A DNA stretch of 62,908 nt. Source: an uncultured bacterium. Its GTDB lineage: Bacteria; Patescibacteriota; Minisyncoccia; Phycocordibacterales; UBA2100. The notes beneath the pieces are model-generated. The model saw only the letters and a program-made list of their open reading frames with translations, did no database searches and had not been told where the DNA came from. How positions within the stretch are numbered: the stretch's first letter is position 1; the number at the start of each line of letters is the position of its first letter. The stretch spans positions 1-62,908 of the forward strand of contig CAINVT010000035.1 in assembly GCA_903854215.1 (NCBI GenBank), in the 5' to 3' direction. Shown in pieces: positions 1 to 12,240 of the stretch. The position numbers and the translations under genes were made by a program.

Positions 1-165
1 CCGATCGTATTTTTCCTCTTCGCAGGAGTTGCCGCTGACCGCGATCTCGGGACGCATCACCTGCTGTTGGTCTTCGGGGTAGCCACGGGTGTCGTTTTCG
101 GTGTAGTGTCGACGTATTTTTTGTTACGACCGTTCTTGAAAGATAAAGAAATAGAGCGTACATGA
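1..165 (+). CDS. 3' end of a small hydrophobic protein upstream of atpB (AtpI/AtpZ-like), partial
   Basis: Frame 1 is open from the window edge (...HHLLLVFGVATGVVFGVVSTYFLLRPFLKDKEIERT*). Its TGA overlaps the atpB ATG (ATGA at 162-165). A hydrophobic helix directly 5' of atpB is typical of atpI/atpZ. Confidence 0.35.
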   Translation, partial: PIVFFLFAGVAADRDLGTHHLLLVFGVATGVVFGVVSTYFLLRPFLKDKEIERT

Positions 166-899
166 TTCATATAGGATTACAGTCTGAATACGTAGCGTCG
201 CTCAATGGTTTTTTGATAACCAACACATTTTTGACGTCGCTCGTCGTTACCCTTCTACTTTTATTCGTCGGGATGATTTATTATCTGGAGCGTGATAATC
301 ATCAGACGTTTATCATCAAGGCGATACGAGCCGCGACATTCCAGCTGTTACAATTCATCGATATGGTCACCGAAGATCGAACGTTATCGAAACAGGTCTT
401 CCCGCTCGTCGCAACCTTTTTTATCTTTATCGTGACGGCGAATGTACTCGGACTCTTGCCGGGATTTTTGGGCGCTTTTTTCGTTCAGACGGCGAATGGG
501 GCAATTCCGATCTTCAAGTCGCCCAACAGTGACCTCTCGACAACGATCGCACTGGCGCTCATTTCTGTCGTTGCTATCCAGTATTTCTCGGTGCGGATAC
601 TCGGTGTGAAGACGTATATCGCGCGATTCGTGAATTTCAGCAGCCCCATCGCGTTCGTTCTCGGTTTTTTCGATATTATTTCCGAAAGCGCCAAGATCAT
701 TTCGTTCTCATTTCGTCTCTTCGGAAATGTTTTCGCTGGCGAGGTTCTGCTGCTCGTCATCGCATTCCTTGTGCCGTATGCGCTCCCGCTGCCCTTTATG
801 ATTCTCGAAGTATTCGTCGGGGTCATACAGGCGTTCATCTTTGCCGCTCTTACATTGACCTTCATTCAGTCTGGTACACTGCGTGTGGGGAGGTCGTAG
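162..899 (+). CDS. atpB: F0F1 ATP synthase subunit a
   Basis: 245-aa polytopic membrane protein with the conserved a-subunit arginine motif (SFRLFGNVFAGEVLL). First gene of an a-c-b/delta-alpha-gamma-beta-epsilon operon. Confidence 0.93.
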   Translation: MIHIGLQSEYVASLNGFLITNTFLTSLVVTLLLLFVGMIYYLERDNHQTFIIKAIRAATFQLLQFIDMVTEDRTLSKQVFPLVATFFIFIVTANVLGLLPGFLGAFFVQTANGAIPIFKSPNSDLSTTIALALISVVAIQYFSVRILGVKTYIARFVNFSSPIAFVLGFFDIISESAKIISFSFRLFGNVFAGEVLLLVIAFLVPYALPLPFMILEVFVGVIQAFIFAALTLTFIQSGTLRVGRS

Positions 900-932
900 T
901 GAGTATTATTAGTAATTAAACAGCAGTGATAT

Positions 933-1148
933 ATGCCTCAAGATTCATCAGCATTCGTCATGGCGATCGGTACGATCGGACCGGCACTCGCCGTCGGTAT
1001 GATCGGTGCAGCGGCATTGATTGGTATGGCGCGTAATCCGGACAATTCCAATAAGATCCAGATCGCCATGATCATCGCGATCGCGTTTGCGGAAGCTATT
1101 GCGATCTATGCACTAGTCTTCGCGCTCATCCTCAAGTTCGTCCCATAA
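933..1148 (+). CDS. atpE: F0F1 ATP synthase subunit c
   Basis: 71 aa, two helices joined by a polar loop (GMARNPD). Conserved carboxylate in helix 2 (AFAEAIAIY). Confidence 0.92.
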   Translation: MPQDSSAFVMAIGTIGPALAVGMIGAAALIGMARNPDNSNKIQIAMIIAIAFAEAIAIYALVFALILKFVP

Positions 1149-1157
1149 TCGTGACAT

Positions 1158-1976
1158 TTGAACATCACCATGCAATTTTTGGGAAGTCTCGGGATAAACA
1201 TCAATGTGCTCATCGCACAGATTGTTAATTTCGGTCTCTTGATGCTGGTGCTTTCGTACTTCGTATATAAGCCGACGATCAAAGTGATCGAAGAGAACGA
1301 ACGGAGCCTGCAAGAAGGTGATAAACAAAAAAAGTTGCTGGAAAAAGAAAAGGAATCGTTCGCCGAAGAACAGAAAAAGACCCTCGTTGAATCTCGAGAA
1401 CGCAATAGAAAGTCCGTGAAGGAGCTCGCCGTGATGACTGAAACAATCAAGAGTCGTGCGCACGAAGCGACAAAAGAAGAGTCGGCTGCGCTCATTGAGC
1501 AGACCAAGAGTATTCTCGAATCGCAAAAGCCGCAGATCGTGAACGAGATCACCAAAGAGCTCAATACAAAATTCACCGAAGATTTTCACGAGTCATTCGA
1601 TCGGCTCGTGTCGCCGCCGTATCAAGCTGAATTTCAGAGTGTACTATTCAAGATATTCATCGACCGACTCGATGCGACTGACCTTGATAGGATAAAGGAT
1701 ACAGATGCCGATGAATTGCGCGCATTACGCGAGACGAACCTCGATGAATACGAGAAGCGGTTGCGCCGCCTGATCGGTACGGTTCTGCTTGAATATACCG
1801 CCGGTGTGACGCCGCATGAGCTCGAGGAAGTGGAGCGAATCGTTTCTGAAAAGATAGGAGTGGACACGCGTATCGATGTGCGACGAAATGCACGTCTCAT
1901 CAATGGTTTCCGTCTCGAAGTCGAAGGTCGAATAATCGAAAGTAATCTGGCGAGTATCGTCACTGATCATGTCTAA
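1158..1976 (+). CDS. atpF: ATP synthase subunit b fused to the C-terminal half of subunit delta (OSCP)
   Basis: N-terminus has a b-type TM anchor (LIAQIVNFGLLMLVLSYFVYKP) and a long charged coiled coil. C-terminus (IDVRRNARLINGFRLEVEGRIIESNLASIV) resembles the delta/OSCP C-terminal strand motif. No separate atpH lies between atpF and atpA. Confidence 0.8.
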   Translation: MNITMQFLGSLGININVLIAQIVNFGLLMLVLSYFVYKPTIKVIEENERSLQEGDKQKKLLEKEKESFAEEQKKTLVESRERNRKSVKELAVMTETIKSRAHEATKEESAALIEQTKSILESQKPQIVNEITKELNTKFTEDFHESFDRLVSPPYQAEFQSVLFKIFIDRLDATDLDRIKDTDADELRALRETNLDEYEKRLRRLIGTVLLEYTAGVTPHELEEVERIVSEKIGVDTRIDVRRNARLINGFRLEVEGRIIESNLASIVTDHV

Positions 1977-3423
1977 GACGCAAAACAACACTGCATCTGA
2001 AGTCGGGCGCATCGTCTCGTTTTTTTCTGGCGTGGCAAAGATCCAAGGTTTGCCGCATGTATTCTTGCATGAAGTGTTGATCACCGATGATGGTGTGTCG
2101 GCGGCGCTCGTCATCGGTTTTGATGAGCGCTTCGTCGAAGCGGTATTTTTCGACGAGAATTTTGATACGGAGCGGTCGCTGTACCGCAGTTTTGAAAGCT
2201 TCCAAGTACCGCTCTCGCGCGCATATATCGGCAGAGTGGTCGACGGTTTCGGACATCCGCTCGATGAACTCGGTGAGATCAGCGGCGACGAATCACCGGT
2301 ATTTCGCGAAGCGATTCCGATCATTGATCGACAGCCGGTCACGGTGCCGCTTACGACAGGGATCAAGATCATCGATGCCTGTCTTCCCTTGGGTCGCGGC
2401 CAGCGCGAGCTCATCATCGGTGATCGAAAGCTCGGCAAAAGTTCCATCGCGATCGACACCGTGTTGAATCAGAACGGTGCCAACCCACCAATCTATTGTA
2501 TCTATGTCATCTGCGGTCAAAAGGAAGCGGATGTGCGTGAACTCGTTTCGACATTCGAAAAACAGAATGCGTTCTTGTACTCGACCATCATTGCGGCGAC
2601 TGCCGGTAGCTCGCTTGCGCAACAGTATGTCGCACCGTTCGTCGGGTGCGCGATCGCAGAATATTTTCGCGACAACGGCATGGACGCGTTGATCATCTAT
2701 GACGATCTTTCGAAGCATGCCAAAGCATATCGCAGTATCTCGCTCTTGCTCGAACGAGCACCCGGCCGTGAAGCATATCCGGGTGATATTTTTTCTCTCC
2801 ATGCAGGACTTTTGGAACGGGCGGCAAAATTGTCAGATGCGAAGGGAGGTGGGTCACTCACTGCGTTACCGATCGTTGAAACGCAGGAAGACGACATCAC
2901 GTCGTTCGTTCCTACGAATCTCATATCGATCACTGACGGGCAGATATATCTCGAACGCGGTCTTTTTCAAAAGGGGTCCTTACCGGCGGTGAACATCGGC
3001 CTCTCAGTCTCTCGTATCGGTTCCCAGGCGCAGCCCAAAGCACTCTCCGGTGTGGTCGGTGGTATTCGATTGACGCTTTCCGAACACCAAGAGCTGGAGC
3101 GGCTTTCGCAGCTTGAGAATAATTTGAGTCAGAAAGCGCAGCGGGGGATCATTCGTGGAACCATTCTGACGGAATTTCTAAAGCAGGGACAACATGTCAA
3201 TGTCCGATGGCCGGAGCAGACAGTTCTTTTCTATGCGATCAACGAAGGACTTCTCGATGATCTTGACCAAACGACATTGATGGAGACCAGCAGCGTGCTC
3301 GTCGAAGTGCTCGGAAGTCGTCACGAGGATCTCCTGGAGCGGATCAAAAGCGGGGTATTTGACGACACGGTGAAAGCAGATATCGCCGCCATCATCCAGG
3401 ATTTCAAACAGCAGTTCGTATAA
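1969..3423 (+). CDS. atpA: F1 ATP synthase subunit alpha
   Basis: P-loop GDRKLGKSS. Conserved blocks YDDLSKHAKAYRSISLLLERAPGREAYPGDIF and TSFVPTNLISITDGQIYL. Confidence 0.95.
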   Translation: MSKTQNNTASEVGRIVSFFSGVAKIQGLPHVFLHEVLITDDGVSAALVIGFDERFVEAVFFDENFDTERSLYRSFESFQVPLSRAYIGRVVDGFGHPLDELGEISGDESPVFREAIPIIDRQPVTVPLTTGIKIIDACLPLGRGQRELIIGDRKLGKSSIAIDTVLNQNGANPPIYCIYVICGQKEADVRELVSTFEKQNAFLYSTIIAATAGSSLAQQYVAPFVGCAIAEYFRDNGMDALIIYDDLSKHAKAYRSISLLLERAPGREAYPGDIFSLHAGLLERAAKLSDAKGGGSLTALPIVETQEDDITSFVPTNLISITDGQIYLERGLFQKGSLPAVNIGLSVSRIGSQAQPKALSGVVGGIRLTLSEHQELERLSQLENNLSQKAQRGIIRGTILTEFLKQGQHVNVRWPEQTVLFYAINEGLLDDLDQTTLMETSSVLVEVLGSRHEDLLERIKSGVFDDTVKADIAAIIQDFKQQFV

Positions 3424-3436
3424 GGAGAAAAGATAT

Positions 3437-5885
<2,449 letters not shown>

Positions 5886-5904
5886 CAACCGCACACGATC
5901 TAAC

Positions 5905-6609
5905 TTAATGCCCGAAGAAAGCTTCTGTATAAAGACGATCTTCGGCGATCCCGGCAGCCTTGAGACCGCGCCAGAAATCACGCACGAATTCGATTGATCC
6001 GCACATGAAGTATTCGGGATCGGCAGCATCACCGACCTCGCGTATGATCGCTTCTGCCGACATTCGGCCGCGCGTGATACCTGCAGGAAGCAGATCTTCA
6101 CGAGTAATAAAATGATGCACCGTAAAATTCGGATGCGTTGCGGCGAGCGCGTCGAGTTCATCGCGGAAAACGACATCGGCGATGGTTCGATTCGTGTAGA
6201 AAAGCATCAGTCGTCGTGTTGGTTCATTACGTAATGCGTCGAGTATGATGCTGCGGAACGGTGCGATACCGATGCCGGCAGCAAGCATGATGAGCGTGCT
6301 CGACTTCGATTCACTATAGAAATAGCCGCTCGGGTCCGATGCATGGAGTGTATCTCCGACGTGCATGGCACACAGGTGGCGCGAAAATTCTCCTCGTGCG
6401 CTCACCGTGATGCGAAGGGGTTCGTGCGGAGCACTGGCGATGCTATATGCTTTGCCTTCCGGCGTGGCAAGCTCCGGTAAGTAGATCGTGAGGAATTGGC
6501 CGGGCACATATGAAAGTGTTTGTTCTGACGACAACTCGAGCGTTACCGCACTGTCCGTTTCGGCGGTCGTTTTGGTCACGGTATAACGTTTCTTATTATT
6601 TGTTTGCAT
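5905..6609 (-). CDS. FAD/NAD(P)-binding oxidoreductase (ferredoxin/flavodoxin-NADP reductase-like)
   Basis: FR-type FAD site (KAYSIASAP) and NAD(P) site (MLAAGIGIAPF). Start moved to the internal ATG at 6609 (MQTNNKK), which overlaps the iscU stop by 14 nt. The track ORF extends to 6690. Confidence 0.8.
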   Translation of the reverse strand: MQTNNKKRYTVTKTTAETDSAVTLELSSEQTLSYVPGQFLTIYLPELATPEGKAYSIASAPHEPLRITVSARGEFSRHLCAMHVGDTLHASDPSGYFYSESKSSTLIMLAAGIGIAPFRSIILDALRNEPTRRLMLFYTNRTIADVVFRDELDALAATHPNFTVHHFITREDLLPAGITRGRMSAEAIIREVGDAADPEYFMCGSIEFVRDFWRGLKAAGIAEDRLYTEAFFGH

Positions 6610-7030
6610 GAGTTTCGTAGTCTTGCACCGCTTCGCGAAGCGCAAGATGCCCGAGGACGGAACAATGATACTTCCGGTCTGGCAGTCCACCGAGGCGTTC
6701 GATGATCGCTTCGGGCGTTATCTTTTTTGCCCGCGTGAGCGTCATGCCGCCGTTTTCTGTCGCCATGACGGAAAGCATCGATGTCGATGCGATAGCGGAA
6801 GCACAACCAAACGTGCGCCATTTGCACTCTGAAATACAGTTATTTTTTTTATCGATCCGTATCCATAACGCCATCATATCGCCGCAGGCAGGACTACCGA
6901 CGACGCCGATGCCATCCGCCACGTAGTCTTTCTCATCGAGCAGGATGTTGCGTGGATTGAAAAAGTGATCCTTGACGGTATCACTGTAGACCCAATCATC
7001 CACATCGCAGGTTCGTGCATCGTTGTTCAT
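6596..7030 (-). CDS. iscU: Fe-S cluster assembly scaffold IscU/NifU-like
   Basis: Three ligand cysteines in the canonical context (GSPACGDMM..., RTFGCASAIAS, RKYHCSVL). Confidence 0.92.
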   Translation of the reverse strand: MNNDARTCDVDDWVYSDTVKDHFFNPRNILLDEKDYVADGIGVVGSPACGDMMALWIRIDKKNNCISECKWRTFGCASAIASTSMLSVMATENGGMTLTRAKKITPEAIIERLGGLPDRKYHCSVLGHLALREAVQDYETHANK

Positions 7031-8247
7031 ACAGTTGCAATAGTTGGCATGACAGCGGTCAATGCAGAAAGGGAATTGAGTCGTGCGACAATACTGGGCA
7101 GTATCGTCATTACATGATCAAGATCCTCGCGTGTCGTTGCTCGCCCGAATGAGAAGCGAATGCTTCCATGCGCGAGCGCCTCATCGGTGCCAAGTGCCAG
7201 CAGTACGTGTGAGGGTCGTAGGTCGTGAGCCGAGCATGCAGAACCGGTTGATACCTCGATGCCTTCACGGTCAAGCATTAAGAGAATCGACTCTCCCTCA
7301 ATATGCGGGAAAGAAAAATGTGCATTATTCGGGAGTCGTATCAGTGGATCGCCATTGAGCGTTGCCTCGGGGATCAATCGATGCATTTCTCTGATGAAAT
7401 GATCGCGCAAATCGGCGAGTCGCGCGGATTCTTCCTCGCGCATATCATGTGATCGCCGTAAAGCCGCCGCACAGCCGACGATCAAAGGAACGCTCTCGGT
7501 ACCGGCACGCAAGCCGCGTTCCTGATCGCCGCCGACGATGAGCGGTGCGATCTGAATGCTGCTTCTTTTATAGAGAATACCGACCCCTTTCGGTCCGTAA
7601 ATCTTGGAACCATTCAGAGTCATGAGATCGACGCCGAGTTTGTGTACATCAAGTGACAGGAATCCGGCGGCTTGGCATGCATCGGTGTGCAATAGAGGAA
7701 ATCGCTTCTGAGCATGACTTCTTTTGAGAATTGCAGCAATTTCAGCGATCGGTTGGATAGTACCGATCTCGTTGTTCGCGTACATGACCGAAACAAGGAT
7801 CGTATCGTCGCGCAGCAGTCGCTCAAACGCGTCAAGATCGATGATGCCGTTTTTTGCTACGGGCGCATAACTTACCTCAAATCCTTCGCGTTCGAGTTGC
7901 CGTGCCGATTCCATGACAGCCTTGTGTTCGATGGAAGAGATAACGACGTGGCGACCATGTGCAGTATTGGCGCGTGCGACACCGAGGATCGCGAGGTTGT
8001 CCGATTCGGTACCGGAACCGGTAAAAAAGATTTCTTCCGGCGAACAGCCCAGTACCTGTGCCACTGTCGTTCGTGCCATATTGATCGCATGTGCCGATCG
8101 TCGACCGCTTGCATACATCGACGATGCATTACCATAACGATCTCCAAAATACGGTAGCATTTCCGCAAGCACCATCGGATCGGTGGGCGTCGCAGCCGCG
8201 TAGTCGAGATAGACACGCTTTTTATCTGATGAGACATTGGTCGACAT
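7027..8247 (-). CDS. iscS: Cysteine desulfurase (IscS/NifS family, PLP-dependent)
   Basis: YLDYAATTP N-terminus, PLP-lysine context (LNGSKIYGPKG), active-site loop GSACSA. 4-nt overlap with iscU. Confidence 0.93.
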   Translation of the reverse strand: MSTNVSSDKKRVYLDYAAATPTDPMVLAEMLPYFGDRYGNASSMYASGRRSAHAINMARTTVAQVLGCSPEEIFFTGSGTESDNLAILGVARANTAHGRHVVISSIEHKAVMESARQLEREGFEVSYAPVAKNGIIDLDAFERLLRDDTILVSVMYANNEIGTIQPIAEIAAILKRSHAQKRFPLLHTDACQAAGFLSLDVHKLGVDLMTLNGSKIYGPKGVGILYKRSSIQIAPLIVGGDQERGLRAGTESVPLIVGCAAALRRSHDMREEESARLADLRDHFIREMHRLIPEATLNGDPLIRLPNNAHFSFPHIEGESILLMLDREGIEVSTGSACSAHDLRPSHVLLALGTDEALAHGSIRFSFGRATTREDLDHVMTILPSIVARLNSLSALTAVMPTIATV

Positions 8248-8908
8248 ACGTGGTGAGTATTTTTTGGAATTGTTTGAATTCTTCGTCGCTATAGGTCACT
8301 TTATTCCTGAACTGTGGGTTCAGTATCTTCGTCGGAACGAATTTTTGCAAGACGTATGTTTTGGCACCTCGGATCTCACGACCGATCTGCTCGAGGTCTT
8401 CGGGGGAAAGCATGCTCTTGATGATCGTTGTCCTGAACTCGTAATCGATACCCGATGTCATGAGGATATCGATGCTCTCGCGAATCGCTTCGGTATCGAC
8501 CGGTCGTGCGACTGTCGCTCCATATGTTGCGAGCGGAGATTTGATATCCATCGCTACGAAATCGACAATGCCGTCACGGATTGCATCGCGCAAGATCGCC
8601 GGATGTGTGCCGTTCGAATCAAGTTTGACCAAGAATCCGCGTGTCTTGATCTCGCGCATGACCTGCGGCAGATCGGCGTGAATGGTCGGTTCACCTCCGG
8701 TGATGACAACCCCGTCGAGCATACCTTTGCGCGCGTCGAGGAAATCGTAGAACTCACGTTCCGAAATATGCACATCGGTCGTCTCATCAACGAGCTCGGG
8801 ATTATGACAGTACGGACATCGGAAATTACATCCGATGGTGTACACCATACAGGCTATTTTTCCCGGGTAGTCGATGAGCGTAAATTTCTCAAGCCCGCCG
8901 AACACCAT
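8222..8908 (-). CDS. nrdG: Anaerobic ribonucleoside-triphosphate reductase activating protein (radical SAM)
   Basis: CNFRCPYCHNPE radical-SAM cluster motif and GVVITGGEPT. Lies immediately downstream of nrdD. Confidence 0.9.
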   Translation of the reverse strand: MVFGGLEKFTLIDYPGKIACMVYTIGCNFRCPYCHNPELVDETTDVHISEREFYDFLDARKGMLDGVVITGGEPTIHADLPQVMREIKTRGFLVKLDSNGTHPAILRDAIRDGIVDFVAMDIKSPLATYGATVARPVDTEAIRESIDILMTSGIDYEFRTTIIKSMLSPEDLEQIGREIRGAKTYVLQKFVPTKILNPQFRNKVTYSDEEFKQFQKILTTYVDQCLIR

Positions 8909-8911
8909 ACG

Positions 8912-11134
8912 CTAGGTGACGACCGTATTTATTTGTTGCTGCTGTGCAGGGAGGCTGGCGTGGACACTTTGCGGATCGTAGGTCTCTCGAACCTTGAATT
9001 CTGCTTGTTTGGCGGTATTCCACTGGCTCAAGGGGCGCAAATACCCGACGATGCGCGAGTAGATCTCACATTCGCGATTACATTCGGGGCAATGGACGTG
9101 CTCGCCGGCAATGTAGCCGTGTGAACCACAAATACTGAACGTCGGTGTAATGGTGAAGTACGGGAGGCGGTAATTCTCACAAATCTTACGAATGAGTGCG
9201 GGAATCGCACGCGGGTCAGCAATGCGCTCGCCGAGGAACAGGTGGATCACGGTGCCGCCGGTGTACTTCGTCTGAAGGTTGTCCTGAATATTGAGCGCTT
9301 CGACGATATCGTTAGTGTACTGCACCGGAAGATGTGAGGAATTGGTGTAGAAGGGCTGAGCGCCGCGGCGTGATTCCGCATCGTTCGCCACGATGATATC
9401 CGGGAACTGTTTGCGATCCTTGTTGGCAAATCGATAGGTAACGCCTTCGCCGGGAGTTGCCTCGAGGTTGTAGAGATTGCCCGTATCCTTTTGGTACTCC
9501 ACCAGACGATTGCGCATGAAGTCGAGTGTTTCTGATGCGAAGGCTTGCCCTTCGACACTGCCAATATCGACACCGAGCAAGTTTACGATCGCTTCGTTCA
9601 GACCCAAAAGGCCGATGGTCGAGAAGTGATTTTCCCAATACGCACCATAGGATTCCTTGATCTTACGCAGGTAGAATTTGGTATACGGATAGAGATTCGC
9701 ATCCGTGAATTTTTCCAGCATCTTTCGTTTGATCTCAAGACTCTCGCGCGCGATATCCATCTTTTCAGCAAGTGCGGAGAAGAAATTCTCTTTTGCCTTT
9801 TTTACGTTTGTCTTACTGTTCTGCTTCGCGATATAGCCGAGACGCGGCATGTTGATCGTGACCACACCGACAGATCCAGTCAGTGCATTGGCACCGAAGA
9901 GTCCGCCGCCGCGGCGATCGAGCGCGTTCAAATCGAGACGCAGACGGCAGCACATCGAGCGTGTATCTTCCGGCTTCATGTCGGAATTCACGAAGTTGCT
10001 GAAGTACGGAATGCCATATTTCGCCGTAATCTCCCAGAGACCCGCAAGGTTCGGATTTTCCCAGTCAAAGTCTTTCGTCACATTGACGGTTGGAATAGGG
10101 AAGGTAAATACACGACCCGCAGCATCGCCTTCGCTCATCACCGCAAAAAATGCCGCATTGAGCACATCCATCTCCTTTTGGAATTCACCGTATGTTTCTT
10201 TTTGCGGTTTTCCGCCGATAATGACCTGCTTATCCTTGAAGTTGGGCGATGGTGTGAGATCGAGCGTGATGTTCGAGAACGGTGTCTGGAAACCGACTCG
10301 CGTCGGTACATTCATATTGAATACGAATTCCTGAACGCACTGTTTGACCTCTTCCGGGGTGAGCTTGTCGGCACGAATGAACGGAGCGAGTAGTGTGTCA
10401 AAATTCGAGAATGCGATCGCACCGGCTGCTTCGCCCTGCAGCGTGTACATGAAGTTGACCATCTGGCCAAGCGCGGTACGCAAATGTTTGGCCGGACCGG
10501 ATTCGATTTTGTCGGCAACGCCACGGAATCCTTCGGTGAGAAGATCCTCCAAATCCCAGCCGACGCAATAAACCGAGAGCGTACCGAGATCGTGGATATG
10601 CAGATCGCCGTGCTCGTAGGCGTCCTTGATATTCTGCGGATATACCTTGTTGAGCCAGTAGGTCTTGCTTACTTCGGAGAAAATGTAATTGTTCATCCCC
10701 TGGAGCGAGTACCCCATGTTGCTGTTCTCCTTGACCTGCCAGTCAAGCTCACCAAGGTAGCTATCGACGAGACCTAATGATGCGGCCGTGGCGAATGCTC
10801 GCATCTCAGCATGCTTTTCGCGATAGAGGATATAGGCTTTGGCTGTCGCAGGGAACTTTTTGAAGACCAACTGCTGTTCGACGATGTCTTGCACGCCTTC
10901 GACATTTGGCATAAAGGTCTTGTCAATCGCTATTTCGCGTTCGATCGCTTTGACCACTCCCTCGGTGACGATCAAAGGCGCTCCATCACGAAACTCACCG
11001 GCCGCCTTCATGGCTTTTTCTACTGCTCGCTCGACTTTTTTTATATCAAATGCGACGGTTGAACCATCACGTTTGACGATGCTTTTAATCCCCGGACCTT
11101 TCCGTTCATGTAATGATTTCATGCGCCGCGACAA
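8912..11134 (-). CDS. nrdD: Anaerobic ribonucleoside-triphosphate reductase, class III
   Basis: 740 aa. N-terminal ATP-cone (VKRDGSTVAFDIKKVERAVEKA), catalytic-region CCRLRLD, C-terminal Zn ribbon (CGSHG...CPECN) and glycyl-radical motif (RIVGYLRP). Confidence 0.95.
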   Translation of the reverse strand: MSRRMKSLHERKGPGIKSIVKRDGSTVAFDIKKVERAVEKAMKAAGEFRDGAPLIVTEGVVKAIEREIAIDKTFMPNVEGVQDIVEQQLVFKKFPATAKAYILYREKHAEMRAFATAASLGLVDSYLGELDWQVKENSNMGYSLQGMNNYIFSEVSKTYWLNKVYPQNIKDAYEHGDLHIHDLGTLSVYCVGWDLEDLLTEGFRGVADKIESGPAKHLRTALGQMVNFMYTLQGEAAGAIAFSNFDTLLAPFIRADKLTPEEVKQCVQEFVFNMNVPTRVGFQTPFSNITLDLTPSPNFKDKQVIIGGKPQKETYGEFQKEMDVLNAAFFAVMSEGDAAGRVFTFPIPTVNVTKDFDWENPNLAGLWEITAKYGIPYFSNFVNSDMKPEDTRSMCCRLRLDLNALDRRGGGLFGANALTGSVGVVTINMPRLGYIAKQNSKTNVKKAKENFFSALAEKMDIARESLEIKRKMLEKFTDANLYPYTKFYLRKIKESYGAYWENHFSTIGLLGLNEAIVNLLGVDIGSVEGQAFASETLDFMRNRLVEYQKDTGNLYNLEATPGEGVTYRFANKDRKQFPDIIVANDAESRRGAQPFYTNSSHLPVQYTNDIVEALNIQDNLQTKYTGGTVIHLFLGERIADPRAIPALIRKICENYRLPYFTITPTFSICGSHGYIAGEHVHCPECNRECEIYSRIVGYLRPLSQWNTAKQAEFKVRETYDPQSVHASLPAQQQQINTVVT

Positions 11135-11313
11135 GCTAAATTGGTAAATGTCTAACTATCATACCTACTGATTCGTGCGCATGATTTGATCGACACTGGG
11201 GATAAGACAATGGCGTCAAAATAGGGCGCTACTGTTGAGTAAAATACCACATGAAAAAATCGATGTGGCATTTGCATAAAAGCTCATTTTGTATCGAAAC
11301 TCGAAATTCTTTA

Positions 11314-12240
11314 TTACAAGCTACTCGGATCAAGAAACGAGCCAACGTAATGGTTAATTTCGCGCGCTTTCGGCGATTTGTACCAGTGGATATCCGTATT
11401 GCGGCGCCAATAGCCGATTTGTTTGTGTGCATAACGATGTATCACATGGTAAAGCTCATCTTCCATCTCGCGGCGTGAGATCTTTTTTTGTAAGAGGCGC
11501 GCGAGCGAACGATATTCGAGACCGAGTTCGATCATCCGTTTGTACGAAAGACCGCCGGCATGCAGCCGCTTCGCTTCTGCGATCATGCCGTGCTTGAGGC
11601 GTTCGGTGAGCCGTTTCTGTATCTTGCGGTCAAGTGCCTTCATATCGGGTGCAATGCCGATCCATAAGCAATCATATCCACCATTTTCCGCGAGGTTCGA
11701 CCTCGAGGTTGAGCCTCGCGGAGAGCATTGGGCGATCTCAAGAGCGCGGATGAGGCGGACTTTGTTGTTGCGTTCGCTCGGTGTTGCCATTGCGTGTGCC
11801 CGTATGGGATCTTTCTCTTGGAGGCGATCATACAATTGTGCGACGCTCAGTTTGTCCAGTTTTGCCCGAAGTTTCGGATTAGGAGGGACATTGGGCAAGA
11901 AAATACGTCCGACGAGCGCATCAATATAAAAGCCCGTTCCTCCGGCGATGATCGGCAGTTTGCCACGTTGTATTATGTCGCCAATCGCTGATCGTGCGTG
12001 ATCAACGAAATCCTGCGCACTGAAGACCTTCTTCGCCGATGCAACATCCAAAAGATGATGGGGGACGCCCTGCATTTCGCGCCGGGTGACCTTGCCGGTG
12101 CCGATATTGAGCCCACGATACACTTGGCGCGAATCGGCGGAGATCACCTCACCGCCCCATTTTTTGGCAAGTTCGACCGCTAAGGCGCTTTTGCCGGAAG
12201 CGGTCGGTCCGACGAGAATGAGAACTTTATTCATTTTCAT
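11314..12240 (-). CDS. miaA: tRNA dimethylallyltransferase
   Basis: P-loop GPTASGKS, then DSRQVYRGLNIGTGK and GGTGFY. Confidence 0.93.
   Translation of the reverse strand: MKMNKVLILVGPTASGKSALAVELAKKWGGEVISADSRQVYRGLNIGTGKVTRREMQGVPHHLLDVASAKKVFSAQDFVDHARSAIGDIIQRGKLPIIAGGTGFYIDALVGRIFLPNVPPNPKLRAKLDKLSVAQLYDRLQEKDPIRAHAMATPSERNNKVRLIRALEIAQCSPRGSTSRSNLAENGGYDCLWIGIAPDMKALDRKIQKRLTERLKHGMIAEAKRLHAGGLSYKRMIELGLEYRSLARLLQKKISRREMEDELYHVIHRYAHKQIGYWRRNTDIHWYKSPKAREINHYVGSFLDPSSL

Noticed and set aside
11247-11268. CCACAT-n10-ATGTGG inverted repeat upstream of nrdD as an NrdR box
   Set aside because: It does not fit the 16-bp NrdR-box palindrome I recall. On the minus strand it is followed by a T-rich run right after the miaA stop, so a weak miaA terminator is the simpler reading.
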